In this document: positions 1 through 12,300 of the stretch, one piece after another
How positions within the stretch are numbered: the first letter of the stretch is position 1
Layout of the letters: each line of letters starts with the position of its first letter
Assembly (NCBI RefSeq): GCF_000150275.1
Contig: NW_002060948.1
Span: forward strand, 4,250,395-4,314,394
Origin: Trichoplax adhaerens
Taxonomy: Eukaryota; Animalia; Placozoa
Direction: 5' to 3'
Length of the DNA stretch: 64,000 nt
The notes under the pieces: generated by a model
What the model saw: only the letters and a program-made list of their open reading frames with translations
Told to the model about the DNA's origin: nothing
Database searches by the model: none
Position numbers and translations under genes: made by a program

Positions 1-1195
1 TAATGCGAAGTAATACCGAATATTTTCATTATAACGTAAGCTGAAAAATTACTATGGTCACTAGATAGGGTTTCTTATGCTTGTTGCAACGCTTAATAAT
101 CATCTTGCAAATTGAATATTAGAGTGCTTCATCGATTACTTTTAAGAATTACAATATGTGATAAGTTTATCTGTGTTAAGGCAAACTTTTTCATGCTCGC
201 GGGTTTAGAATTGTCGTTTCCTGTAATATGAATGATGTTTATGGGTAATACTAATACGCAGCATACATTTAGTGCTTGCTTATTAAATTTTTATGCCGTT
301 TTCTTTTTGAACCGTGAAATGGCTCTTAGCAAATCGGTTCTATTAAAAAACTTCTAATGAGCTAAAGAGAACGCTACGTACATCATAAGTCATCGCTGTT
401 GACGAGCATATTAAATATATTGCTATGGAATAGTATTTGTACGATTGTAATTTCTAACGTTTTACTTTTAAAGGCTCCAATCGGCATAGCATACGAATAT
501 GCTAAGGCTGATGTCGTTTTCATGGCTATCCAGAATCTTTTCTGTAGATTTTGCTTTTGCAAAGTTAATAAGTAAACACTAGTTAAATGCAAAATATCGA
601 CCATTTACAATAATGATCTTGCAAGATTACTGTTCTAAGATAATCATTGGACCGTTACTGCACAACGTTGCCTAGCGGGGTAAGCATAAACACTCCAGCT
701 GCAAGATTTATGGATACTGCTATACCTATTCATAGTATAATCTGTCGTTTTTATCATATCCGATTTGAAATAATTTTTCTTCTTCACGATAGTGTCATTA
801 TATAACTAGAATGCTCAAGATCTCAATTGTTTCTGCGATATCATCAATATGGCATTTAATTGCCCTATAATTAATAGATAACTTATGAAAAGCTGTCTGA
901 TATATATTTTAGAGCGAAAGATATCCTTTATTTATTGTAAGAGGAATCATGGAACATAGAAATTATATGACAAAATATTTCATTGATAGAAATGTCGGAA
1001 ATTTCTAATTATATTGAATAACGATTAGAAAAGATTTGTGCACTGGAATCATAGAGTTAGTGTTATCAATATGGAATAGCTATAATACTGCTTTGCTGTA
1101 TTATTTTCAAGAGTAACGCCTACAGGGCAAGAATATCAATTTCTTCACGTTAAATATCCGTAAATAGTAAAGCAATCATGAGAAAATTGATAGAA

Positions 1196-3568
1196 TTAAG
1201 TATAATCTTGAACGCGTAGTAGGTCGTCCAGCTTTTGCCAATTTTTAGTTTTAAGTTGATAGAAGAATTCAGGCTGAAGAGCTCTATTTAAGGATTTAAC
1301 CAAACGACTGGTATTAATTTTGGGTAAGCCACATTCAGCAAAGAAAAATTCCACATGTTCATTAGCTTTCGATGTGGTTAATCGTCTACCACGGCAATTT
1401 AAAAAGACGTAAGATTCATCTCCTTCAACTATTTTGGGTAAGCAACGCCTTACATAACGCCAAAAATTATAAAAGACCACTTTAGGATAGCCTGTTAAAG
1501 TAATATATATTGCGTTGTAGTCGTTAACATCGTGATCATATACCGTAATTGTGACTTCCTGATCTTGGTCTAGCCAATCGGTTTTAGCAGCTTCGATATC
1601 GTCAAAGGTCATATTACACAATGCAATCAATCTTGCTTTACACCAAATTAACACTTGAACAATCGTATAACGTAAAGCGAAAGTATAGCCTTGGTATTCA
1701 ACAGACTGCCACCCTGGGGTAGGATTACATTTTAACGCCCATTTGGATATCATATCGTATCGTAGTCGATTATCACGACGATTAACTAGCTTAAATAGGG
1801 TAATTGGGTTCAAATAATAATCTCCTTTATCGGAAAGGCGAATTTCACGGCATCGCTTTTGCTTATCGGATTTATAGGAATCTAATAAATTATTAACAAT
1901 ATCGTGTTCGCTTTGGTCTAATTGTTCAATCATTCCCATTTTAATGGCATATTCTCTTGCTCGTTTAAGACTGAAGACAATATTATAGATAGATGATGTA
2001 AAGAGCTTAACTTCATCTGTTAAGATACTTGCATATTTATTAATAAGCTGTGTATCTGCTAAATATTGCCAATTAAATTCTTGACCATTGGCACACCAAT
2101 ATAAGAAGCGATTGACAGAATTGGTTACTTTTTGACTATATGAGCGCTGCTTTCCATCAGCAATGAGGTAATTAAAAAATTCATCCAACGATGAGCAATT
2201 ATCATAGCGTTGATCAAGCCCAGAATCTTTTAAATTCTGATTCGCAACACTCCGACTTGGTCGAAAAGGAGTTCCTCGGACTTTATCTTGCCAATTACCA
2301 ATTCTCATTTTATCTTTGATAGTCCGTTTTTCGCGAACAAATTCATTGTGATTTTGCAGTTGATTCTCTTCGTCACTTTTATTATTTTTAACACAGTACT
2401 GGCTAGAAATGCTAGTGACTTGAATTGTGTCCGTCTCTAGCTTATTCTGCTGATTCATGAAAATAAAATAATGTTTTTTGCTTTAGTTAATCAACGTAGA
2501 CATACCCTACACTATCATTATAAGGCATATATCAATTGTTTGATGTCTAAAAAGTGTAAAGAGATCTTGAAGCAAGTTATTTGAGTTATAATGATACCAG
2601 ATTGGTAGAAAATTTATGAAATTTAAATTCTTGATAAGAAAGACTAGGTTAGGATTCATGTGCAGGAATTCTGAATAATTGCAATAGCGGATGCTATTAG
2701 AAATCGATGCAATGTGTTGATGATATAATAAATATTCTATCAGTGGTCGAAGTTTGATCATCTAGATAATATTAACGCATTTCTGTCGTAGCAAGTTATT
2801 AATTCGTGATCTTTAGAATAACTCTGAAATAGTTCTTATTTAGAAAAGAATGTAATATAAGGTTAACTTCAGCAATTAGTTTGTAGTATTATAAATATTG
2901 ATTGCTTTTCTACCAAAATTAACAAATTCGAAAGAGGCTGATGCTAGATCTACTTAGTTAAAGTAGTTTTGCGAAGTTGTATCAATAGATGATTACTCTA
3001 ATATTATGAATATAGGAATGAGATTTTAAATTATTTTCTCATATGAATAACAATTAAATTGAGAGAAAGCTTAGATTGAGAAGAAAATGATGCTGATATT
3101 AAAGTATTAACAAACCTTAAAATTAGGAACAACATCGAAAGATTCCTCAGTGACAGTTATGTCGCTGTCGTTATCATCTGCATCTTGACTTTGAACATTT
3201 CTACTTGAGCTAGATGAACAAAGCTCTAAAATTTGAATATATACAAGCTTTAATTACGCGCTTTATACTTTATGAATAGAAAACTCTTTCTCATTTAAAA
3301 ATAAGGATTATTACTACATCAATATGCTGCTTGATAAGTAATATGCCTTACTTTTGGTGGGTTGTAAATCCTTTATTAAGCAAGACTGCCTCTTCCCTAA
3401 GAAAGATTGTTCTCATTTTAGTGTAAGAAAATACTTCTTAAATTCGTTATCAATTTATGAAATTAGATTGATGGCACTCTAATTTATACTTAGCAGTATA
3501 GACTAACCTGAATACCATGAGCTTTCAAGCGTATCGTTACATTTTTCATTCCCTTCACTTTGGTCCAT
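1196..3568 (-). CDS. Tyrosine recombinase/integrase-fold protein with degenerate catalytic motifs (Crypton-like or domesticated), probably 4 exons
   Basis: ORF 1196-2458 has integrase core-binding-like helices (FFNYLIADGKQRSYSQKVTNSVNRFLYWC; KLFTSSIYNIVFSLKRAREYAIKMGMIE), a box I-like segment (RYTIVQVLIWCKARLIALCNMTFDDI), YVFLNCRGRRLT and a box II-like segment (INTSRLVKSL). Phase-compatible upstream exons are 3508-3568 (ATG, MDQSEG...), 3352-3396 and 3116-3225, splicing to a CAG|CAG acceptor at about 2449. The upstream exons are tentative. Confidence 0.7.
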
Positions 3569-5396
3569 AACTTTTATAAACCTTATTAGATCAGCCAGGT
3601 AGTAATGTTGTCGGTAATAAGGCAATTAATTATATTAAAATTTTAATTTCATGTTGAGAATAATTGTAATTAATCAGAGATTTCTAAGTACAAAAAATTC
3701 GTTACTAAGCATCTTAAACCCAAAAATGGCTAAATTTATTTTAAATATCGTAGTAATAATGTCTAATTCATATAAAATAGATACATGGTGTTATAAGCGT
3801 GGTAATCCATACCTACAATTACCGTTTCGATATTTTATTTGTAATCTGCTAGTAATTGTACGTTTGTATTAATATATAAGTGGCTGAAATTAGAAACGAA
3901 ATGACTGAAATAGATATTTGATCAGCATATATAGGCGTAAATTATCGTGAACTGTAATGTCCTAATAGCATTTTATGACTATTATCATGCTTAAAATTGA
4001 AAAAGTTCTTAAAAATTCTCATAGCTTAGCAACGCTAGGTATAGCATCTGTATATCAATATATACGATATATAAGTATACCAGTGCCGTAAAGCGCGATG
4101 TAATTATGTATTGATATTTTTTAAATATTATTTTAAACGATATGCAGACTAGGACACCTCGATTGTGCATTGCTTGAGTTATGTTATTTATCTTGAGCTC
4201 TGTCTATCATTTTGATTACTGTATTACGGGCTCGATTAATAGTAAAAATTCCAGGTACTTTTGACTCTCAGATACCAGATAGAAAGATGCGATCTCAAAT
4301 GTTACAATATTTCTAGATCGATCTGGTACAATCGTATCTGTTGTCATGGTGACTCGTGATTAAACTACTGAGTATATTGCAATAACGAGGACATCGATGC
4401 TACATTCAAAGCTCTTCTTGAAAGGAATACCTAAATTGCACATTTGATAATTAAGCTACAATTAGCCTTACTGTACGTGTAGCCTCCATCGATCGATTCA
4501 TTTACGCCCGAGTAGTGTTAGATCGTAGCAAGTAAATACTTCTAAACTCTCAGATAACTGGAACGAGACTAAGTAGTGTCTCCATAGTTACTCTACTTTA
4601 TTAACTAGAGACCTGGACACAGCATAGAAACTAAGATTATCAAAGTGATGGTAGATTTATTGAATACCTTTTGAAGAATTCAACTTAAATGCATTTATCA
4701 TTAAATATCAACTAGCTCATTATTGTGTGTATCAGCTACAAATGATGGGTTGTAAAATGGAAGTATATGATCTTAAACGGAGATTATCGTAATGAAGTAT
4801 TAGCAAATTTGATATTATGTAACATTGATAGGAATAATATACGATACCATCCTCTATGTATTCGATAAAATTTCGATGATTATACAAAATTTTAAACATT
4901 TGGAAAGTAGCGTTTACTGTATGTTGAAAAATTAGCTAAGTTATGAATTGTAAAATTATCGCGTTTATAATGCAAATATTAATGATCGAATTTCGATATT
5001 ATCGATCGATACAATAATAAAGGTGAAATTGTAGTTATCGTATGATGTTAGGATTGTATTATTATCGGTAAGCTCCTATAGTGTAAGAAAATATTCAGTA
5101 ATATAATTCTAACTGTCAATTTTTCGCAATGCATAGAGTTTTATGAATATAAAATATTTATGTAAGTTATTTAAACTGATTGTATTAGTAGATATTAATG
5201 AATACTAATATTATAAGACGTTTATGATCATCACGTAGGCTCATATTTATTGTTGCGAACGAATTAAATTTATTACTGGCTATATCTTGCGATAATAGGT
5301 AAAGATAAATTAAAAACTAGCGTCTGTTGCGGCTCATTAGTATTATTTACAGACAGCACTATTGGAGGTATAAATAATTGCCTATATATCGCACTA

Positions 5397-6325
5397 TTAG
5401 TCGAAAGAAGATTTTACTGTTGAATTTCCTTGGCTGTTTTGGCTTTCTAAACGTTTTCGAATAGAAATTGGTCTTTGGTAGATGCTATTGTTACCAAAGC
5501 TACTTTTATAGGTATGGTTGTCGCTGTAAATAGGACTTGATGTTTGGTCTTGCGATAGTTTGGCTCTAACTGCATCGGGTGTTACTTTCTTATACGTAGA
5601 AGCTACACTATCAAGACTGGAATAACCATAATCTTCGTCATTTCTGTCCTCCTCCTTTATATTTGCCTTTGATTTTGACATTGATGTTAGAGTTCCATTT
5701 GAAAAACTAGCATTAATTATTCCATTAGTACTATTATCACTGGAAGTATCAGTTGTGCTAGAGTCGAATTCATCCGGTTGAAATTGAGAATCTTCGTCAA
5801 TGGTGGTTAGTGCACCAGTATGGTCTAATTTAGCTCGGTCATGGGAAGACATGTGTGGGTTCACTCTATCAATTTGTACCGCCGTCGATTTGGGCTGAGC
5901 ATAGGATATGGATGTCTTGATAGAATTGCTTGGGATAGTAGAATAGACTTGGTGGATATCATCGTCCTCATCATCGTCTGTTTTTTTGATTTCTCCGTTT
6001 GATTCTGCTTTTTTCACACTATCAGCAATTTTTGCATTCATATAGGTACTATTATATGGACTACTTTTGGTATCTCGACTTATGCTTGTGCTTACTGGAT
6101 CATCGTTGCCTTCAAATGCTGGGTTTTGTCTACTACTAGCATGATTGCCCTTAAAGATTGGATTATTGTTGAGGTTACTTATGTCCACCAATGGATGATC
6201 TAAAGACTGTTTTGATTTACTAACTACATATTTATTACGATAATAAATGAAGAGTAGTAAAACCGCGAAAGCTATTATTGCAGCTATTACACCAAGAGAA
6301 ATGGCGACGAAAAAGAGTGGAGATA
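5397..6325 (-). CDS. Gene A last exon: transmembrane helix and about 280-aa cytoplasmic tail
   Basis: Acceptor TTTTAAG at 6326-6332. The exon reads [33 protein letters not shown]... in frame with the listed ORF 5397-6191 and ends KSSFD*. Confidence 0.9.
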
Positions 6326-9300
6326 CTTAAAAGTAAAAATGAATGTTATCGTTAAAAACAAGCTGTTTTAAAAATGTAATCAATGTCTAAATATATTACT
6401 AAAATGGCTACTTTCGTAAAAACGTTATTAAATATTTTAAAATGTGAATAATTCTAATTCGGAAAGAATTTTTGATTTACCTATGTTAACACGTGTGTCT
6501 GGAGATATTTGTAATCCTTGTATTTGGCCGCTACTTGTATCTAGGTGTTGTATTAATGCTTGCATAGCCTTTTGTGCATCATCTGTGCTAGTATTTGTTT
6601 GCTATAAAGTAAGATTTTGTAAAATCGTAAATTATCTGACAGGTTTTAATTCACTGTACAATTTCATCAAAAATTGGACGATTTTTGTAATGACCGGACA
6701 TATACGGGTTTAAAATACGAAATGATTTGCTAAATTAAATATTTGAGCGTTTGTAAAGAATATTTCTGACCTACATAACTGAAAAAACTTACTATAGCTA
6801 GGGCAATCCGAACGTCGGTGCCAATATTATCTGTTACATTACATTGCAAGACAAGGCTAGTATTTGTAGCATAATTTTTCAAAACCCGGACTCTTCTTAA
6901 TCGATCACATATCTGGTTGATGGTAGTACCCTGGGAAAGAATTATCTTGATTAGAAACTTTTAAGTAAAATTGAGATATTCTTCTATTAGGTAGCTAATA
7001 AAGCTACTATTAAGACTAATCTTTGAAAGAATTATGGCTATTCGGTACCGTAATAAATGCTTCATAAGTTAAATTATACTGTAAAAAGAAGTTGATTGCT
7101 CATTAAACAATAATTAAGTTCATAAATTACATTAGGTAATTTAGCTGGAGAGATTTGATGGATTTCTCGATAACAGTTCGATGGAGCAGTTCCTTGGTAG
7201 TTTAAGCAGCTAAGCCCATCTTCACTATTTTGGCAGTAGCTTTGTGCGACACATGGCGATTGTAGGCAATTAGATTCGCTGTAAGAGACGCAAGAACCAC
7301 CATTTGTACAAGAAACACTTGCTGAACAATTGCTTGGACCACACCAAACCTAATAATTAAATTTATCCAGTTTAGGCTTTTATTAATTTACAGTAATATA
7401 AGGGTATTCATCATCGATAAAGAAAATTAATTGGAGAAATCGTTATACCTGTGTGCAGGTTACTTGGCCGGATGAACAACTGCACTCATTGCAATCTGCC
7501 GGCCATTTAACACTATCTTGATAGACTATACCACCGTAGACGCAAATACCTAAGTGTAAATGTTTACAAGATAGAAATATGCGATAAGTTAGAATAGAGT
7601 TGATTAAATACTCATGTGAGATTGGTGTTAGGTAAGACAATACCATGAACTTTTTAATACATACGTGTGCTGCAATGTTGTCCAGTCCAAGTGGTAGGGC
7701 AAGTGCATGTATAACGGTTGACTTGGTCAGTACATGTACCTCCATTTTGACAAGGATTCGATGAGCACTCATCGATTTCTAAAAATGTGCAGAGAAAAGC
7801 GATGAATCGTAACACAGTCTTTGCTAGTAATTTTAAAAATACAATCGAATGAAGAAATTAAGAAAGGGTTTTTTATTCTATATACTTTGATAACTTACGT
7901 TGCTTACATAGCGGACCAGTATAGCCAGCAGAGCAGTTGCATACATATCCGCCAATAAGACCATTACAGCCTCCATTTGGTGAACAAATATTTTCGGATA
8001 TGAGACTTCCAGAAGTGTCATAAACCTTACAGTAATCGATTCGAGAATCACATAATTGACCAGTATAACCTAAGCCGCAATTACAAGTGTAGCCATTGAC
8101 TTGATCAATGCAGGTAGCGCCATTTTTGCAAAGAGAACCGGCGCAATCATCGATATTAGTTTCGCAGATTGTGCCAGTATAGCCTGTATTATTGCAATTG
8201 CAAGAATAACTGTTGATCAGATCCAAACATATTCCTTGGTGCAAACATGGTGTAGAAGCACATTCATTAATGTTCACTTCGCAATTTGTTCCTGTATATC
8301 CGAATGAACACTGGCAGGAATATCCCGCAATTAGATCATTACATTGCCCGTTATTTTGGCACGGCTGGCTTTGACACTCATCAATATTAACTGTACAATT
8401 AGTGCCCGTATAACCAGACCTATAATAAATCGAGAGTTAAATTAATTGGCATTCATTAAGGTTTCATTGACAGCAGGAATAGAATTAGTTATTAACTAGG
8501 TATAAAGCGCTGTTAAAATATTTACCCGCAATTACACTTGTATCCATTTACTTGATCAACACATTGACCATTATTAGCACAAGAATTCGGCTCACAATCA
8601 TTTATGTCTACCGTACAAAATGTACCAGTATAACCAGGTAGGCAACTGCAACTATATCCATCAACTTTATCTACACAAGTACTTCCGGATGCGCACTGAT
8701 TACTTTGGCATTCATCGATGTTAACTCCACAGCTGGAACCAGTAAATCCTCTAGCACATACACATTGATATTGGTTAACATTATTAAGACATGATCCGCC
8801 GTTTTGACATGGACCACTTTGGCATTCATCAATGTTAGTTTCACAGCTTTTGCCGGTATAACCAGGATTGCAACTGCAGGAGTAATTGCTAACTAAATCG
8901 GTACACGTGCCAAAGACGCAATTTCGTGGATCTTGACACTCGTTAATATCAACACCACAGTTACTTCCGGTATATCCAGTGGTACAACTACATATAAATC
9001 CGTCTACTTGATCTATGCAACTGCCGTTGATACATGGATTGGAAGCACATTCATTAATGTTGGTTTCGCATAATTGTCCGGTAAATCCAATTCTACATCA
9101 ACAGGAATAAGATCCGATTCTGTCTACACAAACTCCTCCACTAGTACAAGGTGAGCTACTGCATTCATTGATTTCTGTTTCACAGTGAGTTCCAGTGTAG
9201 CCATTACATTGGCAGGTATAACCGTTCACTTGGTCATTGCATGTTCCACCGTGTTGACAAGGAGAAGATGTACATTCATTAATATTAACTTCACATCGGC

Positions 9301-12300
9301 TACCTTGATAGCCAGCAGGACAAGTACAGTTATATTCATTAATGCCATCGTTGCATGCACCAGTAGCGCAAGGATTGCTGCTACATTCGTTGATATTTGT
9401 TTGGCATTGATTTCCTGTAAATCCATTTTGACAGCTACATGAATAGCTATTAATATTGTTAGTACATGCACCACCATTAGTGCAAGGGTTACTACTGCAT
9501 TCATTAATATCGATCTGGCATGATGTACCAGTATAACCAGCAGAACAAGTACATTGATAGCCATTGCGTAAGTCAGTACAATTTCCGTCATGTAAGCATG
9601 GCTTCCCTTCACAGTTGTCAACACATAGGAGGCCTTGCAGGTTATTTGGACATTTGCATTGAAAGCTATTTACGCCATCTGTACAGTTACCATCATTATG
9701 ACAAGGATTAGGCGAGCAATCATCGATATTGTTTTGACAAGACGTACCATTAAAGCCTGCAATACACTGACAGACATATTGATTGACTCGGTCGAAACAA
9801 GTACCATTATTAAGGCATGGGTTGCTGCTACATTCGTTAATATCTTGTTCACAATGCGTACCAGTATATCCATTAGCACAACTACAAGAATAGCTATTAA
9901 TCTGTTCATTGCAGGTACTACCATGTTGGCATGGATCACTAGAGCATTCTGCGATATCAGACTGGCAAGTTTTACCGGTGTAACCAGCAATGCAATTGCA
10001 ACTGAAATCATTGATTTGGTCTGTACAAGTACCGCCATGACTGCATGGTGTTGCAGCGCAATCATTGATATTATTTTCGCAATTGGTACCGTTATAACCA
10101 GCAATGCAATAGCATTGATATGAATTAACTTCATCTTGGCAGGTGCCATTATGATTGCATGGGCCACTAGCACATTCATTGATGTTAGTTTCACAGTTTA
10201 CATCCGTATAGCCGCTGGCACATGAACAGCTATAACTGTTGATAGCATCTTGACATGTTCCTCCTTTATAACCAACAATGATAATTAATAAAGTACGTAA
10301 TTTGATGGAATAGGCATAATTACAGTGCACAGACTAACTTAGGTATATTCATACTATTCACACCAATAAACTGAAATTAATATACAATATTTACAACTAG
10401 CTATATTCTTTGAATAAACGTGTGCAACTTATACTCCATTATTGGTCTGTAATAGCTTTGCTATAGCATAATTATCTGATGCGATACTTAGCATTAGTAT
10501 ATAATACTTTACCATGTCGGCATGGCGTTGATTGACATTCATTAATATTTACTTCGCAGTTTTTACCAGTATACCCTCCCATACAAGTGCAGCGGTAGTC
10601 GTTGATTTGATCCGTACAGGTACCACCGTTAATACACGGGGTAGAATTACATTCATTGATGTTTATTTGGCACGTTGTGCCGTTAAAACCAGCCTTGCAT
10701 TGACAGCCAAATTGATTGATATCATCGATACAGGTACCATTATTCAAGCATGGTTGGCTAGTACATTCATTAATATTAGTTTGGCAGTTGATATTAGTAA
10801 ATCCAGCTTGACAGGTACACTGATAGGCGCTAACAAGATCCTAAGTCGGAGAATATTGCAAAATGAGGAATATGAGTAATTATAGTAATATACTGTACAT
10901 TTGTGTATGTACACATAATACTTTTACCATTCCTTATGAGATTTTACCTGGCATGTGCCATTATTTTGGCAAGGCTGAGGGCTACAATCATCGATATCTA
11001 GTATGAAGTAAGCAAAATTTATTTCAATAACCAAGTTTATACCTTAATTAAAAAGTGATATTAATGTAAATACCATTGGCTTTAATTCAGTTACATACTT
11101 ATTTGGCACATTTTTCCGGTATAGCCTTGGATGCAATTGCAGCGATAATCAAGCACTTGATCAAAGCATGTGCCGTTATTTTGGCATGGGGCTGCAGTGC
11201 AATCGTTTATATCTATATAAAAAATCATTTCATTTCAGAATATTATACAAACAACAATTTTAAAATTATATATCCAGTATTTGGCATAAACTATTAGGGC
11301 CCATAGATGGTTGATTATACAATTGGGTAATTGTTAGTTGATAAACTGAATTGAATAGAGTAGAGGCTTACCATTTTGACAGTGGTATCCATTAAATCCT
11401 GTGTTATTACATATGCATGAATAACCGTTTATTCCATCTTGACAAGTTCCGCCATTCTGGCATGGATTTGATAAGCATTCATTAACGTTTATTTGGCATG
11501 TCGTGCCGTTGTAACCGGATGCACAGTTACAGCTATAGGAAGCGATCTGGTCTATACATGAGCCTCCATTGATGCATGGAGATGAAGAACATTCGTCAAT
11601 ATCTGCAAATGCGGTAGAGCAAATTGAAAATTAGAAAATATCGGATACTTTAATTTAGTAAAAGTATGTACGAATTACTTATTTCACAACTCTTTCCCGT
11701 GTAGCCGGCACTACATGTACAGCTATAATCGTTAACCCAATCCGAACAGTTTCCATTATGAAGACACGGATTGCCAGCGCAGTCATCGATATCTGAAAAT
11801 GTTATTAATAAAGCAATTTGCTTCAACCATACAAGTACTAGTATCAAATAGCAATTATATGACGCATAGTATACGAAAAAATATATCTATGGCAATAATA
11901 GGGAATAAGTCTTACTTGTTTCACAATGAGTTCCATTGAAACCAGTTGATGTGCAATTACATGAATAACTATTTATACCATCGATGCACTGCCCACCATT
12001 TTTACATGGAGATGATAAACACTCATTAATATTGCTATTACAGTGGGTACCAGTATAACCGGCTGAACAGCTACAATTGTAACCATTGACTAAATCATTA
12101 CACGATCCTTGGAAACATGGATTACTGGTACATTCATTGATATTGGTTTCACAATTGGTATCTGTATAGCCAGCTGTACATGTGCAGTTATAACGGTTAA
12201 TTAAATCAATACAAGTTCCGTTATATTGGCATGGATTTGATGCACATTCATCAACATTCATTTCACAATGAACGCCTTTATAACCAGACTGACATGAACA

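Noticed and set aside
383-604. Short ORF, and a possible + strand terminal exon at about 474-575 (APIGIAYEYAKADVVF...)
   Set aside because: No recognisable domain and no supporting neighbouring exons in the window.
2507-2761. 84-aa ORF upstream of the recombinase-like ORF
   Set aside because: Ends in a stop, has AT-rich intron-like composition and lies in the predicted intron. It could at most be an alternative terminal exon.
4190-4800. Slightly GC-richer intergenic stretch resembling an LTR or repeat
   Set aside because: No matching termini with a TSD and no second copy found.
9098-9100. TGA as selenocysteine (C-U-C)
   Set aside because: It is not a conserved Cys position of the EGF, and no SECIS was identified by eye. 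A nonsense change or an error is simpler.
8101-10879. Overlapping antisense and alternate-frame ORFs over EGF exons (also 12453-13064, 40697-45224, 52503-53434)
   Set aside because: Shadow ORFs produced by the codon pattern of Cys/Asn/Gly-rich repeats.
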